A model generated the notes under the pieces. That model made no database searches, was not told the origin of the DNA, and worked only from the letters and a program-made list of their open reading frames with translations. This document shows positions 10,581 to 20,135 of a stretch of DNA of 64,000 nucleotides, in pieces. The position numbers and the translations under genes are program-made. Source of the DNA: Nitrososphaeria archaeon (GTDB lineage Archaea > Thermoproteota > Nitrososphaeria > JACIWG01). The DNA is taken from assembly GCA_963752255.1 (NCBI GenBank), contig CAVVXT010000012.1:160001-224000 (forward strand), read 5' to 3'. Position 1 is the first letter of the stretch. Each line of letters begins with the position of its first letter.

Positions 10581-11549
10581 TTAGATTGCAAGATCTTTTG
10601 CAATTTTTAGCATGGTAATATCCTTCTCAGAAAGAACTCTCTTACCACCAGTTAACGTGCGCGTGCATATTTTTCCGTTGTCTGTTCCAACCATGACATT
10701 CTTATTATTATCTAACAGACTTTCGACCGCTTTGCTGCCGAATAGGGTTGCTAGAACCCTTGAACGCACTGTAGGGGAGCCTCCCCGCTGAATGTAACCT
10801 ATAGAAGAGAATCTAACTTCGGCGTCGATAGCACTCTTAAGCTCTTCGGCAAGAAGATAGCCGTTTGCAGCTCCTTCTGCCATAACAATAATCGTTGAAA
10901 TCTTCCCCATGTTCTTCATCTTGTTGTATTCCTTTGCTAGATCATTAAGCTTAAACGGCATTTCTGGGATGAGTATAAACTCGGCCCCTGCAGCAAATCC
11001 AACGGTAACTGCTATAAATCCGCTTCCCCTTCCCATCACTTCAACTACGAAAAGCCTTTCTAGAGATATTGCTGTGTCCCTAATTTTATCGATCGCCTCA
11101 AGAGCCGTGTTGACTGCCGTGTCAAACCCTATAGTTTCCTCCGTCCCCAGTATGTCGTTATCTATCGACGCAGGAATACCCACTATGGAAACATCCGATT
11201 TCCTAGAAATTTGCTCTGCTGCCCTAAATGTCCCATCCCCACCTATAGCTATAAGATGGTCCAGTCCAATTTCATTCAAGTTCTTTGCCGCGAGCTCGAT
11301 TCCTTCACTTGACTTTATTTCCTCACATCTTGCTGTCTTAAGAATCGTCCCGCCAAGATTTATTATCCCCCCAACACTCCTCGATGTTAAGTGTTCAAAG
11401 TCGTTCTCCAAAAGTCCCCTATAACCTCTTTTTATGCCTATTACCTTTACATCATTTGCAAGTAGGGACCTAACACAGCATCTTATAGCCGCGTTCATAC
11501 CGGGAGCGTCTCCTCCTGGTGTAATTATACCGACTGTAGTTTTTGTCAT
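10581..11549 (-). CDS. pfkA: ATP-dependent 6-phosphofructokinase, PfkA family
   Basis: GGDAPGMNAAIR, GGTILKTAR, IGGDGTF, PASIDND, TIGFDTA, VEVMGR, GYIQRGG. Confidence 0.93.
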   Translation of the reverse strand: MTKTTVGIITPGGDAPGMNAAIRCCVRSLLANDVKVIGIKRGYRGLLENDFEHLTSRSVGGIINLGGTILKTARCEEIKSSEGIELAAKNLNEIGLDHLIAIGGDGTFRAAEQISRKSDVSIVGIPASIDNDILGTEETIGFDTAVNTALEAIDKIRDTAISLERLFVVEVMGRGSGFIAVTVGFAAGAEFILIPEMPFKLNDLAKEYNKMKNMGKISTIIVMAEGAANGYLLAEELKSAIDAEVRFSSIGYIQRGGSPTVRSRVLATLFGSKAVESLLDNNKNVMVGTDNGKICTRTLTGGKRVLSEKDITMLKIAKDLAI

Positions 11550-11696
11550 GCTATAACACTGCTCGAGAAGAACTGTTATTAAGCTTATTCTAAGTAGAAC
11601 TTGGAGCTTAGAGGAATGTTATCATTAGCTGTAATCAAAATAGCTTTCCTATAACGACATATAAGTTTAAGAACTTGCAGCAGTAGACGAATACTT

Positions 11697-12776
11697 ATGC
11701 CTTCAAAAGAGGAGTTGTTATCCGGTAGAAGAGTAAGAGGATCGAAACCTATCGGTGTCGAGAGTATTGTAAGTCTGATAGAAGGCTTTGATAGGTCAGG
11801 AGCATATAATGCAGGAAGATTAGCTGAATCATGTAGACTATATGAACGGATGATAAAGAACAAGTCGACGATAGCACTGACTCTAGCTGGCGCTTTCACA
11901 CCAACTGGACTTGGAGGATACATAAACTTAGCAATAGAAAAAGGTCTTGTGGATGTGATAATATCAACCGGCTCAAATTTGTACCATGATATCCACCTTG
12001 CTCTAGATCTACCTATCTATCAGGGTACATCTAATGTCGACGATCAAATTCTTCTGAAAGAAGGAATAGTCAGAATATATGACCTCTTCCTTCCGAATGA
12101 GACATTATTCGAGTCGGACAAGTTTGTACAGGATGCTGTAAAAGAATATGGCTTTAAGGCTAAAGGACCTATATCTACCTCAGAGCTACATTACATCCTC
12201 GGTAAGAAATTGCTTGAAACTGCGCCCAGAACCGGTGAGTCAATCCTTGCTACTGCTGCAAAATATAATGTGCCAGTGTATACGTCTTCCCCGGGAGATT
12301 CCAGCATTGGAATGAACACGGCTAAACTGAAGTTGGAAGATAAGGGCGTTACTATAGACCCAGATATTGATGTTCTAGAAACATCCGCAATAATCTACAA
12401 CAGCAACAAGAACGGAGTTATAGTTCTAGGCGGAGGGTCTCCTAAGAATTTCTACTTCCAGACACAACCAATGTTGGAACAGATACTTAATATTGGAAAA
12501 GGAGGACATGATTACGTAATTCAATTATCTGTGGACGTCCCACAATATGGAGGACTTTCGGGTGCAACTTTACAGGAGGCAGTATCATGGGGAAAAATCA
12601 AACCAAGGGAAGTAGTTAACAAGGTTACTGTCTATGCGGATATTACGATCGCTGCGCCTTTATTGTTCTCCTATGTTCTGGCAAAGAACTACAAGGAGGA
12701 GCCAAAGAGAATTTATCTCCACAGGGAAAGCTGGTTGCAAAAGCTAAAGAATGACTTCCAAGAGCGGACCAAATGA
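11697..12776 (+). CDS. Deoxyhypusine synthase family protein (homospermidine synthase/SpeY-like)
   Basis: STGSNLYHD, RIYD, SPGDSSIG, GGGSPKNF, GGLSGAT-QEAVSWGK with catalytic Lys. Confidence 0.88.
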   Translation: MPSKEELLSGRRVRGSKPIGVESIVSLIEGFDRSGAYNAGRLAESCRLYERMIKNKSTIALTLAGAFTPTGLGGYINLAIEKGLVDVIISTGSNLYHDIHLALDLPIYQGTSNVDDQILLKEGIVRIYDLFLPNETLFESDKFVQDAVKEYGFKAKGPISTSELHYILGKKLLETAPRTGESILATAAKYNVPVYTSSPGDSSIGMNTAKLKLEDKGVTIDPDIDVLETSAIIYNSNKNGVIVLGGGSPKNFYFQTQPMLEQILNIGKGGHDYVIQLSVDVPQYGGLSGATLQEAVSWGKIKPREVVNKVTVYADITIAAPLLFSYVLAKNYKEEPKRIYLHRESWLQKLKNDFQERTK

Positions 12777-13105
12777 GAAGTTTAAAAAAGTAATTTAACA
12801 CTTCCAGCATTGAACCATTTCATAGAGGAAGCTGAAAATTATTAACAGGGCTGTCTATAAGACGATCATTCTCATCGGATTGGTCAGCATTTTTCTTTCA
12901 GTTTATCATTTTGCCTTAAACTAATCATGTAAAGAATAGAACTTTTAACCTTGGGAGTAAAAGAACCTATGATTCTGAACCCAATAATGAAACCATGCAT
13001 AAAAAGGGATTATATAGCATTTCCTTTAATCAAACCCGCTCTTAAACTATAAAATTACATCTATAGTTATGGATCTTTCTTTAATTGAAAACTTGTAGAA
13101 AAAAA

Positions 13106-13669
13106 TTACACTTTAGGTCTATCAAAGTATATGTTCTTTCCAGACACTGAAAGAGGAATGCCCATAATTACATCCGCGTCTAAAAGATTCAGTTTCTTCG
13201 CCGCGAGACCGACTGTATACATGATTCTATTGTCAATCCCCCATTCGGCCGCCAACTTGACAACTGAGCCTAAAGCTATGCCAAGGTCCAACAGCGGAAA
13301 TATGCAATTAGGTCCAGAGAAATCAGCTTTAGCTTTTTTTTCCACCTCGCTGAAGTCGTTGCAAGTAGCATAGCCACATCCGCTACAATTTAGATCCCTT
13401 GCGTTTGAACCCTTGACTCCAATTAGAATCACAGAAACACTTTTGCGCACGTTGTCTGCATCTCTTTTAAACCAAGAAATACTTCTCTCATCAGATAACG
13501 AAACCAGTTTCTCTGCTATCTGCTCTTTTTCTTCTTCTGTTAACAGGCAAATTGAGACGTTGTCTCTACCTCTGGCCTTTGGTGCAGTCCTAGCGGCTAA
13601 AGCAATCTGTTCAGCTGCATCCCTGACAGCCTTATTCTTGAACTCCTCAAAATCTATTGGCATACCCAT
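13106..13669 (-). CDS. DUF2148 / ferredoxin-like Cys-motif protein (nitroreductase-like)
   Basis: AARTAPKARG, CSGCGYATC, GPNC, DLGIALGS, DNRIMY, KNIYFDR. Confidence 0.85.
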   Translation of the reverse strand: MGMPIDFEEFKNKAVRDAAEQIALAARTAPKARGRDNVSICLLTEEEKEQIAEKLVSLSDERSISWFKRDADNVRKSVSVILIGVKGSNARDLNCSGCGYATCNDFSEVEKKAKADFSGPNCIFPLLDLGIALGSVVKLAAEWGIDNRIMYTVGLAAKKLNLLDADVIMGIPLSVSGKNIYFDRPKV

Positions 13670-13791
13670 CTTATACTATTTTACACCTTTTTTAGTTTTT
13701 TGCCTAAAAGACTTTTTACAGAAGATATTTTGGCGGAAACAACTACAAATATATTCAAAAGATGTATGAATCAATTTTGATTATAACTAAT

Positions 13792-15345
13792 TTATTGAGG
13801 CTCTATCGTGGCTGGTGGTTTACTTGAGATACAGTAACTTGTCGAGGAGACGTTATTGACCTCGTTTGTGATCCGAGCACTCATCCTGTCTAGAACCTTT
13901 GAAGGCAACTTAACCCAATCGGCTGTCATACCATCCTTTGAAGTCACAACCTTTACTGTTACAATATATCCATATAGCCTTGAATCACCAAGCACAGCGA
14001 CCGCTCTATCATCACCTACGTAAGCAAAAGCTTGCCATATCCTACTATATATCCCAGAAACTTTCAGCTCTTCTTCGACTATGGCACTTGCTTCCCTGCA
14101 TATCCTAAGCTTTTCTTTGGTGACTTCACCGATAACTCTTACAGAAAGACCAGGGCCAGGGAAAGGATGGCGTTTGACAATAGTGTCCGGCAGTCCTAGA
14201 ACAGTTGCCGCTTTCCTAACTTCGTCTTTGTACAAGAAACGCAAAGGCTCAATGAGATAGTAGGACATCTCTAGGGGGAGACCGCCAACATTGTGATGGG
14301 TCTTGATTTTAGAGGCAGGTCCTCCTGTTTTAGCGCTTTCGATGACGTCAGGGTACAGTGTTCCTTGAGCAAGATACTTGAATGGGCCCTCCTTCGTCGA
14401 CACTTCGTTAAAAACTTCTATGAACGTTGCACCGACAATTTTTCTCTTTTCTTCCGGATCCGTTACACCTTTCAATCGATTTAGAAAAGTTTCAGAAGCG
14501 TCAACGTATACAGGATTCAATCCAAGCTGCTTGAGAGAACTAATAACTGCTTCAGATTCATCCTTTCTAAGTAGACCGTTATTCACGAAGACGCATACAA
14601 GGTTATTTTCAGCGATCTTCTTAACAAGTATAGCTGTGACGGTTGAATCTAAACCTCCACTAACGGCACATATTACTTTGCTACCATCATATTTAGACGC
14701 TATTTTGTCTAGCGTCTGCTTTATAAAAGAAGAGGGTTTCCAATTAGGTCTGCAACAACAGATCCTGAAAAGAAAATTCTTCAATATTTTCTTACCTTCA
14801 ACGGTGTGAACTACCTCCGGATGAAACTGCACTCCAAAGATTTTTTCAGTTCGATCAGAAAAAGCTGCATACCTAGCGTTTTTTGTTTTGGCTAATTCAA
14901 TAAACTCTGTAGGTAGGATGGTAACTTGATCACCGTGGCTCATCCAAACAGTTGTTCGTTGCTTAACGCCATATAGTAATTGGTCGGCTCTGATCACATC
15001 AATAAATGTTCGACCATATTCTTTGAGCACCCCTTTCGATATAATACCGCCAAATTGTGATGCAATAAGTTGATGTCCGTAACAGATTCCAAGAATCGGC
15101 AAGCCAAATGAATAAATAGTCTTGTCTATCTTAGGTGAATTCTCTTCATATATACTTGATGGACCTCCTGAGAATATAATTCCTTTCAAATTGGGAATAT
15201 TCTTTAGTGCCCCGGGGGCTTTATCATAGTTTATTACTTCACTATAGACTTTCAGCTCTCTTACTCTTCTACCAATTAAGTGAGCATATTGACCACCAAA
15301 ATCTATCACAGCAATAGAATCGGAAATATTATCCGTCTTAGCCAT
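13792..15345 (-). CDS. guaA: GMP synthase (glutamine-hydrolysing), fused GAT and ATPPase domains
   Basis: DFGGQY, GICYGHQ, QFHPEV, SGGLDS, QGTLYPDVIES, KTHHNV, HPFPGPGL, KPPATIE. Confidence 0.97.
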   Translation of the reverse strand: MAKTDNISDSIAVIDFGGQYAHLIGRRVRELKVYSEVINYDKAPGALKNIPNLKGIIFSGGPSSIYEENSPKIDKTIYSFGLPILGICYGHQLIASQFGGIISKGVLKEYGRTFIDVIRADQLLYGVKQRTTVWMSHGDQVTILPTEFIELAKTKNARYAAFSDRTEKIFGVQFHPEVVHTVEGKKILKNFLFRICCCRPNWKPSSFIKQTLDKIASKYDGSKVICAVSGGLDSTVTAILVKKIAENNLVCVFVNNGLLRKDESEAVISSLKQLGLNPVYVDASETFLNRLKGVTDPEEKRKIVGATFIEVFNEVSTKEGPFKYLAQGTLYPDVIESAKTGGPASKIKTHHNVGGLPLEMSYYLIEPLRFLYKDEVRKAATVLGLPDTIVKRHPFPGPGLSVRVIGEVTKEKLRICREASAIVEEELKVSGIYSRIWQAFAYVGDDRAVAVLGDSRLYGYIVTVKVVTSKDGMTADWVKLPSKVLDRMSARITNEVNNVSSTSYCISSKPPATIEPQ

Positions 15346-15484
15346 GTGCCCTATGTCGTAAAAGTTGTATATTAAAATTTGTCATCAAAGCAGATTTTTT
15401 AAACACAAGAACATCCTTTGGAGGAAATCTTAACCTACTGGAATAATCCAAAATAAACATAAATATCAACATTAGAAGTTAAGG

Positions 15485-16525
15485 ATGGAAAAAATAATGA
15501 AGGCTGCAGTATTTTATGCACCGTCAGATATAAGAATAGAGGATAAGCCTATACCTTCTGTAACTGGAAAAGAGATCTTAGTAAGAATAAAGGCGGCGGC
15601 GATCTGTGGAACAGACCTCAGAATATATAAAGGTACAAAGAAGATTAAAACCCCTAGAATAATTGGACACGAATTCGCTGGTGACATAGAGAAGGTGGGA
15701 GATGGAACAGAATTTAGAAAAGGAGATAGGGTTACAGTATATCCGGTAATATCGTGTGGTAAATGTTACGCTTGCATGATGGGTAGGCCTAACATATGCA
15801 TCCAGCGACCCACAATAGGCTACGATTACGATGGCGGCTTTGCAGAATACGTCAAGATCCCCTCAAATGCTATAGATACGAATTCGGTTACAAAGCTGCC
15901 AGATTCGATTTCATATGAAGAGGCAGCAATAACTGAGCCGTTAGCAGCCTGTTTGAATGGTGTTTTAAGATTAGACGTAAAACAGGGTGAACATGTATGG
16001 GTCGTGGGTGCAGGTCCAATAGGGTTAATGCACGTTCAACTTGTGAGACTGACTGGCGCAAGTAAGGTAATAGTTAGTGAAGTGAATGAGTTTAGAGCGA
16101 ATAAGGCAGCGAAACTTGGGGCTGATGTTGTAATAAACCCTGTAAAAGAAGACGTATTCCAAAGAATAATGAAGGAGACAGGGGGAATAGGAGCAGACAA
16201 GATCATAATTGCAGCGGGAGTACCGAAATTGATCGAAGACTCTCTTAAGGCTGCAAGAAAGGGCGCCAGAATCGTTATCTTTGCGGGGTCACCTGAGGGC
16301 TCGTTTATAACACTTGACCCCAACATTATCCATTATAAAGAAATCGAGCTTACAGGGTCGTCAGCGTCAACACCTTATCTACACAAAAAGGCTATTGAGC
16401 TCGTCAGCAGCGGCAGAATAGATCTGAAATCTCTTATAACACATAGACTTAGGCTAGAGGAAATAGTGAAGGGTCTTGAGATGAAAGAAATGGTAGAAGG
16501 GTTGAAGACGTTAATAATGCCGTGA
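15485..16525 (+). CDS. Zn-dependent polyol/alcohol dehydrogenase (MDR, iditol dehydrogenase-like)
   Basis: ICGTD, GHE, structural-Zn CGKCYAC...C, GAGPIG. Confidence 0.9.
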   Translation: MEKIMKAAVFYAPSDIRIEDKPIPSVTGKEILVRIKAAAICGTDLRIYKGTKKIKTPRIIGHEFAGDIEKVGDGTEFRKGDRVTVYPVISCGKCYACMMGRPNICIQRPTIGYDYDGGFAEYVKIPSNAIDTNSVTKLPDSISYEEAAITEPLAACLNGVLRLDVKQGEHVWVVGAGPIGLMHVQLVRLTGASKVIVSEVNEFRANKAAKLGADVVINPVKEDVFQRIMKETGGIGADKIIIAAGVPKLIEDSLKAARKGARIVIFAGSPEGSFITLDPNIIHYKEIELTGSSASTPYLHKKAIELVSSGRIDLKSLITHRLRLEEIVKGLEMKEMVEGLKTLIMP

Positions 16526-16564
16526 CAAAATACTTATCTACATCCGTTTTAATTCTACAATATT

Positions 16565-17170
16565 ATGAAAACTAAATTAGACGAGCTGAAGGAGGAGTGT
16601 ATTCAGATATCGCAGGAAGCTTACAGAAGGGGTCTGATATCTGCCACAGGTGGAAACATTAGCGCTAGACTTCCAGGAGAAGAGACAGTTATAATCAAAA
16701 GGACAGGTGCCTCTTTTAGAAACCTCAACCTGAATGACATTATTACAATTGACTTGAACGGAAATGTTGTTGAAGGACAAGGTAAGCCATCGAAAGAAAT
16801 CAATCTTCATCTTGGAATTTACAAGGTTAGAAGCGAAGTCAACGCAATCTTCCACTTACACTCGATAGCGGCAACAGCATTTGCTACAGCAGGTAAAGAG
16901 GTCCCTTTAGTAACTACTCAAGCGTATAAAATACTTGGGAAGTGTCCATTAGTTGGGTATGGGCCACCCGGTTCATTAGAGCTCGCCGAGAAGAATAAGG
17001 AAGTCTTTAAAGATAAGAGTGTAAAAGTTGCGGTACTTCAGAGCCATGGCACCACAGCTGTAGGCCGTGACCTAGAAGAAGCTTACAATTATGCGGACTT
17101 ACTTGAGGCAACAGCCCAGATTGCTCTATTCTGTAGCCTGATAGGAAAGCCTATGCCGATTCCCTACTGA
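16565..17170 (+). CDS. Class II aldolase/adducin family (fuculose-phosphate aldolase or ribulose-5-phosphate 4-epimerase-like)
   Basis: GGNIS, PSKE, HLHS, SHG metal-binding motifs. Confidence 0.9.
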   Translation: MKTKLDELKEECIQISQEAYRRGLISATGGNISARLPGEETVIIKRTGASFRNLNLNDIITIDLNGNVVEGQGKPSKEINLHLGIYKVRSEVNAIFHLHSIAATAFATAGKEVPLVTTQAYKILGKCPLVGYGPPGSLELAEKNKEVFKDKSVKVAVLQSHGTTAVGRDLEEAYNYADLLEATAQIALFCSLIGKPMPIPY

Positions 17171-17177
17171 TTACGTT

Positions 17178-18696
17178 ATGTCCTACCTGATAGGAATAGA
17201 CGTAGGGACAAGTAGTACCAAGAGTGAGATCTTTAGCCTTGACGGAAAGTCTATTTCAACAGGGCAAGAAGGAGTATTCTCTACTTTATCCCGCCATAGG
17301 CCTTGTTGAAGAAGATCCGGAAATAGGCTGGTGGAACGCGCTTAGGTCAACTGTAAAAGAAGCCCTGAAGACTTCTCGAATATCCCCAAAAGATGTAGTC
17401 GGAGTCTGCGTCAGTGGGACAAACGCTTGTGTGCCCGTAGGAAAAGATGGTGAAGCTCTTATGAACGCGATTATGCAGCTTGACAACAGAAGTTCTTTAT
17501 GCGCAAATAAAATGAAGAATGTTATAGGAGAGGACAGGGTGTTCAAGATAACGGGAAATAGGATTGCACCAGGCACCTTTATGGCACCCACAATACTTTG
17601 GATCAAAGAGAATTTACCCGCACTTTTCAATAAAGTGCACAAGTTTCTGGTTCCAACAGGATTCGCAACGATGAAACTTACAGGCAATTACACAATAGAC
17701 TGGTCAAGATGCTCTACAACCCTTTTATACGATATTAGAAAAGGCAAGAAGTGGTCAGAAGAGATCTGTAATTTATTGGATATACCGATAGATAAATTGC
17801 CTGAACCTCACATATCAACTGATGTCATCGGCGAAGTCTCAGCTAAAGCATCAGAAGAGACAGGACTCGCGGCAGGTACTCCGGTAGTAGCGGGCTGCAT
17901 GGACACTGTAGGCGCTGCCATTGGGTCAGCAGTGTTAGACTCAGGTGATACATTTTACACCCTCGGCACATTGGGGAGACTCTGCTGCTGCCTTAGTAAA
18001 CCCCAATTCGATATGAGATATATCAACGTTTGCCACGCTATTGAGGATAGATGGCTTGCTATGGGATTGATGCATGGAGGAGGTTTAGCATTAAGATGGT
18101 TCAGGGACGAGTTCGGATCATTTGAGGTCACGAAAGCGCAGAAGACAGGAAGATCGCCTTATGAGATTTTTGACGAGGAAGCCGCGAAAGTGTCAGCGGG
18201 TTCAAGGAACATAATATTCTTACCATATATGTCGGGTGAAAGAAGTCCTATCTGGGATCCTAAAGCAAGGGGAGTTTTCTTTGGTTTTACTGCTCAGCAT
18301 AAAAGAAGCGATTTTATTAGAGCGATTGAAGAAGGAGTAGCATATAGCCTCCGCCATAACCTGGAAACATTTGAAGACATTGGTTTCAAAGTAGACAAAA
18401 TGAGGATGGGCGGGGGAGGTGCGAAAAGCATGCTGTGGAGGCAGATCATTTCCGATGTAACTGGTAAAAAAATAGAGATAACTCAAAATTTGGCCACTGA
18501 AAACATTGGAGATGCTCTGATAGCAGGATTAGGTGTGAAAGTGTTTCGGAACATCGATGATGTCAGAAGGACAGTTAAGGTTGGAGATGAAATAGAGCCG
18601 AATATGGAAAATTACAAGCTGTATACAAAGATGTTTGGCATCTACAAAAATCTCTATGAGCATTTAAAAGAGGATTTTGAGGATCTTGTCTTATAA
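17178..18696 (+). CDS. FGGY carbohydrate kinase (xylulokinase-like), frameshift near 17263
   Basis: True start ATG 17178 gives MSYLIGIDVGTSSTK; an extra G joins it to the 17224..18696 frame (LPYMSGERSPIWD, GGGAKS, WRQIISD). Confidence 0.9.
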
Positions 18697-18766
18697 GAGA
18701 CTCGAACCCCCTCGGCTTCTCTGCGATAGGTTGTAATCTATTTTTCTTCTCTTACGAAAAGACAGT

Positions 18767-19918
18767 TTATTGTTTAAGCTTCTCTAAGTACTTTAGAGCT
18801 TCGTCGACCGCCCCTTTCTTGTTTGTCAAACCGAGACTATTTCCTGCAACCTCCAATGCGGCTGTAAATGAAATAGCGTCATTTGCTGAGATAATTCCAA
18901 AATGGCCTATCCTCAACATCGAATCCCTATGTTCGTAGAGACCTTTAGCCAACTGGATATTGAACTGTTCTTTTAACCTCGCGTGCAGGTCTCCAGCTCT
19001 ATTATTGGGCACATAGAAAGCAGTTACCGTGTCAGCCCTGTGACCTTCTTCTGCAACTATCCTGAAACCTAATGCCTCAATGCCCGCTCTTATCGCGTTA
19101 GCAACCATCTTGTGTCTTAGCCACCTCTTTTCTAAGCCTTCTCCCTTTAATTCTATCAAAGCTTCCCTTAAAGCTACAATAAGATTAACAGCCGGTGTCG
19201 CAAGATATAAAACAGGATTCTCCATTATCTTCTTCCACTTAAGTAAATCCATGTAATATGATTGAATAGGCACTTTCCTATTCACCATCACTTCAAGCGC
19301 TTTCTTCGATACTACAGACAACGACAACCCTGGAGGGGCAGCTATCGCCTTCTGCGAGCCTGTTAAAGCTACGTCAACACCCCAGTCATCGAAATAAAGT
19401 TCAACCCCACCAACGCCGCTCACCGAATCGACAACGCTCAAAACTCCATGGCGCTTAGCTATAGCCACAACATCTTTAACAGAATTTATTACACCGACGG
19501 CTGTATCGACGTGGGTGACAAAGAGAGCTTTATATCTGCTATGTGACAACTTCTCATCTATCTCTTCCAAACTCGGCACTCTTCCAAGCTCAGGTTTAAC
19601 GACATCGACTTTAGCCTGATGGATACCAGCTATAGTTCCAAAACGCTCTCCAAAATGACCGGTGTCTATAACGAGCACTCTATCTCCCGGTTCAAGGAGA
19701 CTTACTACAATTGACTCCATCATAAGGGTCGCTGAACCCGTCAGTATGTAAGGGAAACCATCTTTAGTTTGAAACAAATACTTGGTGAGCTCAAGTGCCT
19801 CCGAATACATTTTAACGAATTCAGGATCTACATGGTTTCTCTGCGGTTGACTCAGAGCGCTTAAAACTTTTGACGGGAGCATCGTTGGACCCGGAATAAG
19901 TAATAATTCTTCGCCCAT
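18767..19918 (-). CDS. Class V PLP aminotransferase (serine-pyruvate/alanine-glyoxylate family)
   Basis: LLIPGPT, HVDT, VDSVS, TGSQKA (PLP Lys), RIGHFG. Confidence 0.9.
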   Translation of the reverse strand: MGEELLLIPGPTMLPSKVLSALSQPQRNHVDPEFVKMYSEALELTKYLFQTKDGFPYILTGSATLMMESIVVSLLEPGDRVLVIDTGHFGERFGTIAGIHQAKVDVVKPELGRVPSLEEIDEKLSHSRYKALFVTHVDTAVGVINSVKDVVAIAKRHGVLSVVDSVSGVGGVELYFDDWGVDVALTGSQKAIAAPPGLSLSVVSKKALEVMVNRKVPIQSYYMDLLKWKKIMENPVLYLATPAVNLIVALREALIELKGEGLEKRWLRHKMVANAIRAGIEALGFRIVAEEGHRADTVTAFYVPNNRAGDLHARLKEQFNIQLAKGLYEHRDSMLRIGHFGIISANDAISFTAALEVAGNSLGLTNKKGAVDEALKYLEKLKQ

Positions 19919-20135
19919 AATTTCCCCATCAGAATGGTCTATATAATTATTTAAGTCAACAATTATAATTAAGACCCTCTCCTCGAATCGTCTTAGATTT
20001 TCTTGACTCTATTAATATCGCTGACACGTTCGCCTTTAAACCGCTGTAAGAAAAGCAAACGTCCAGTTAATATTGCCTACTTATTGCAGGACATAAAGTG
20101 AAGTATTGCGATAGGGAAAAAAATAGGTACGCCTC

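Noticed and set aside
18695-18711. tRNA T-loop-like GGGGGTTCGAGTCTCTT on the minus strand at the end of the polyol operon
   Set aside because: Stem is mostly G-U and no acceptor, D or anticodon arm can be built; not a tRNA and only a weak att candidate
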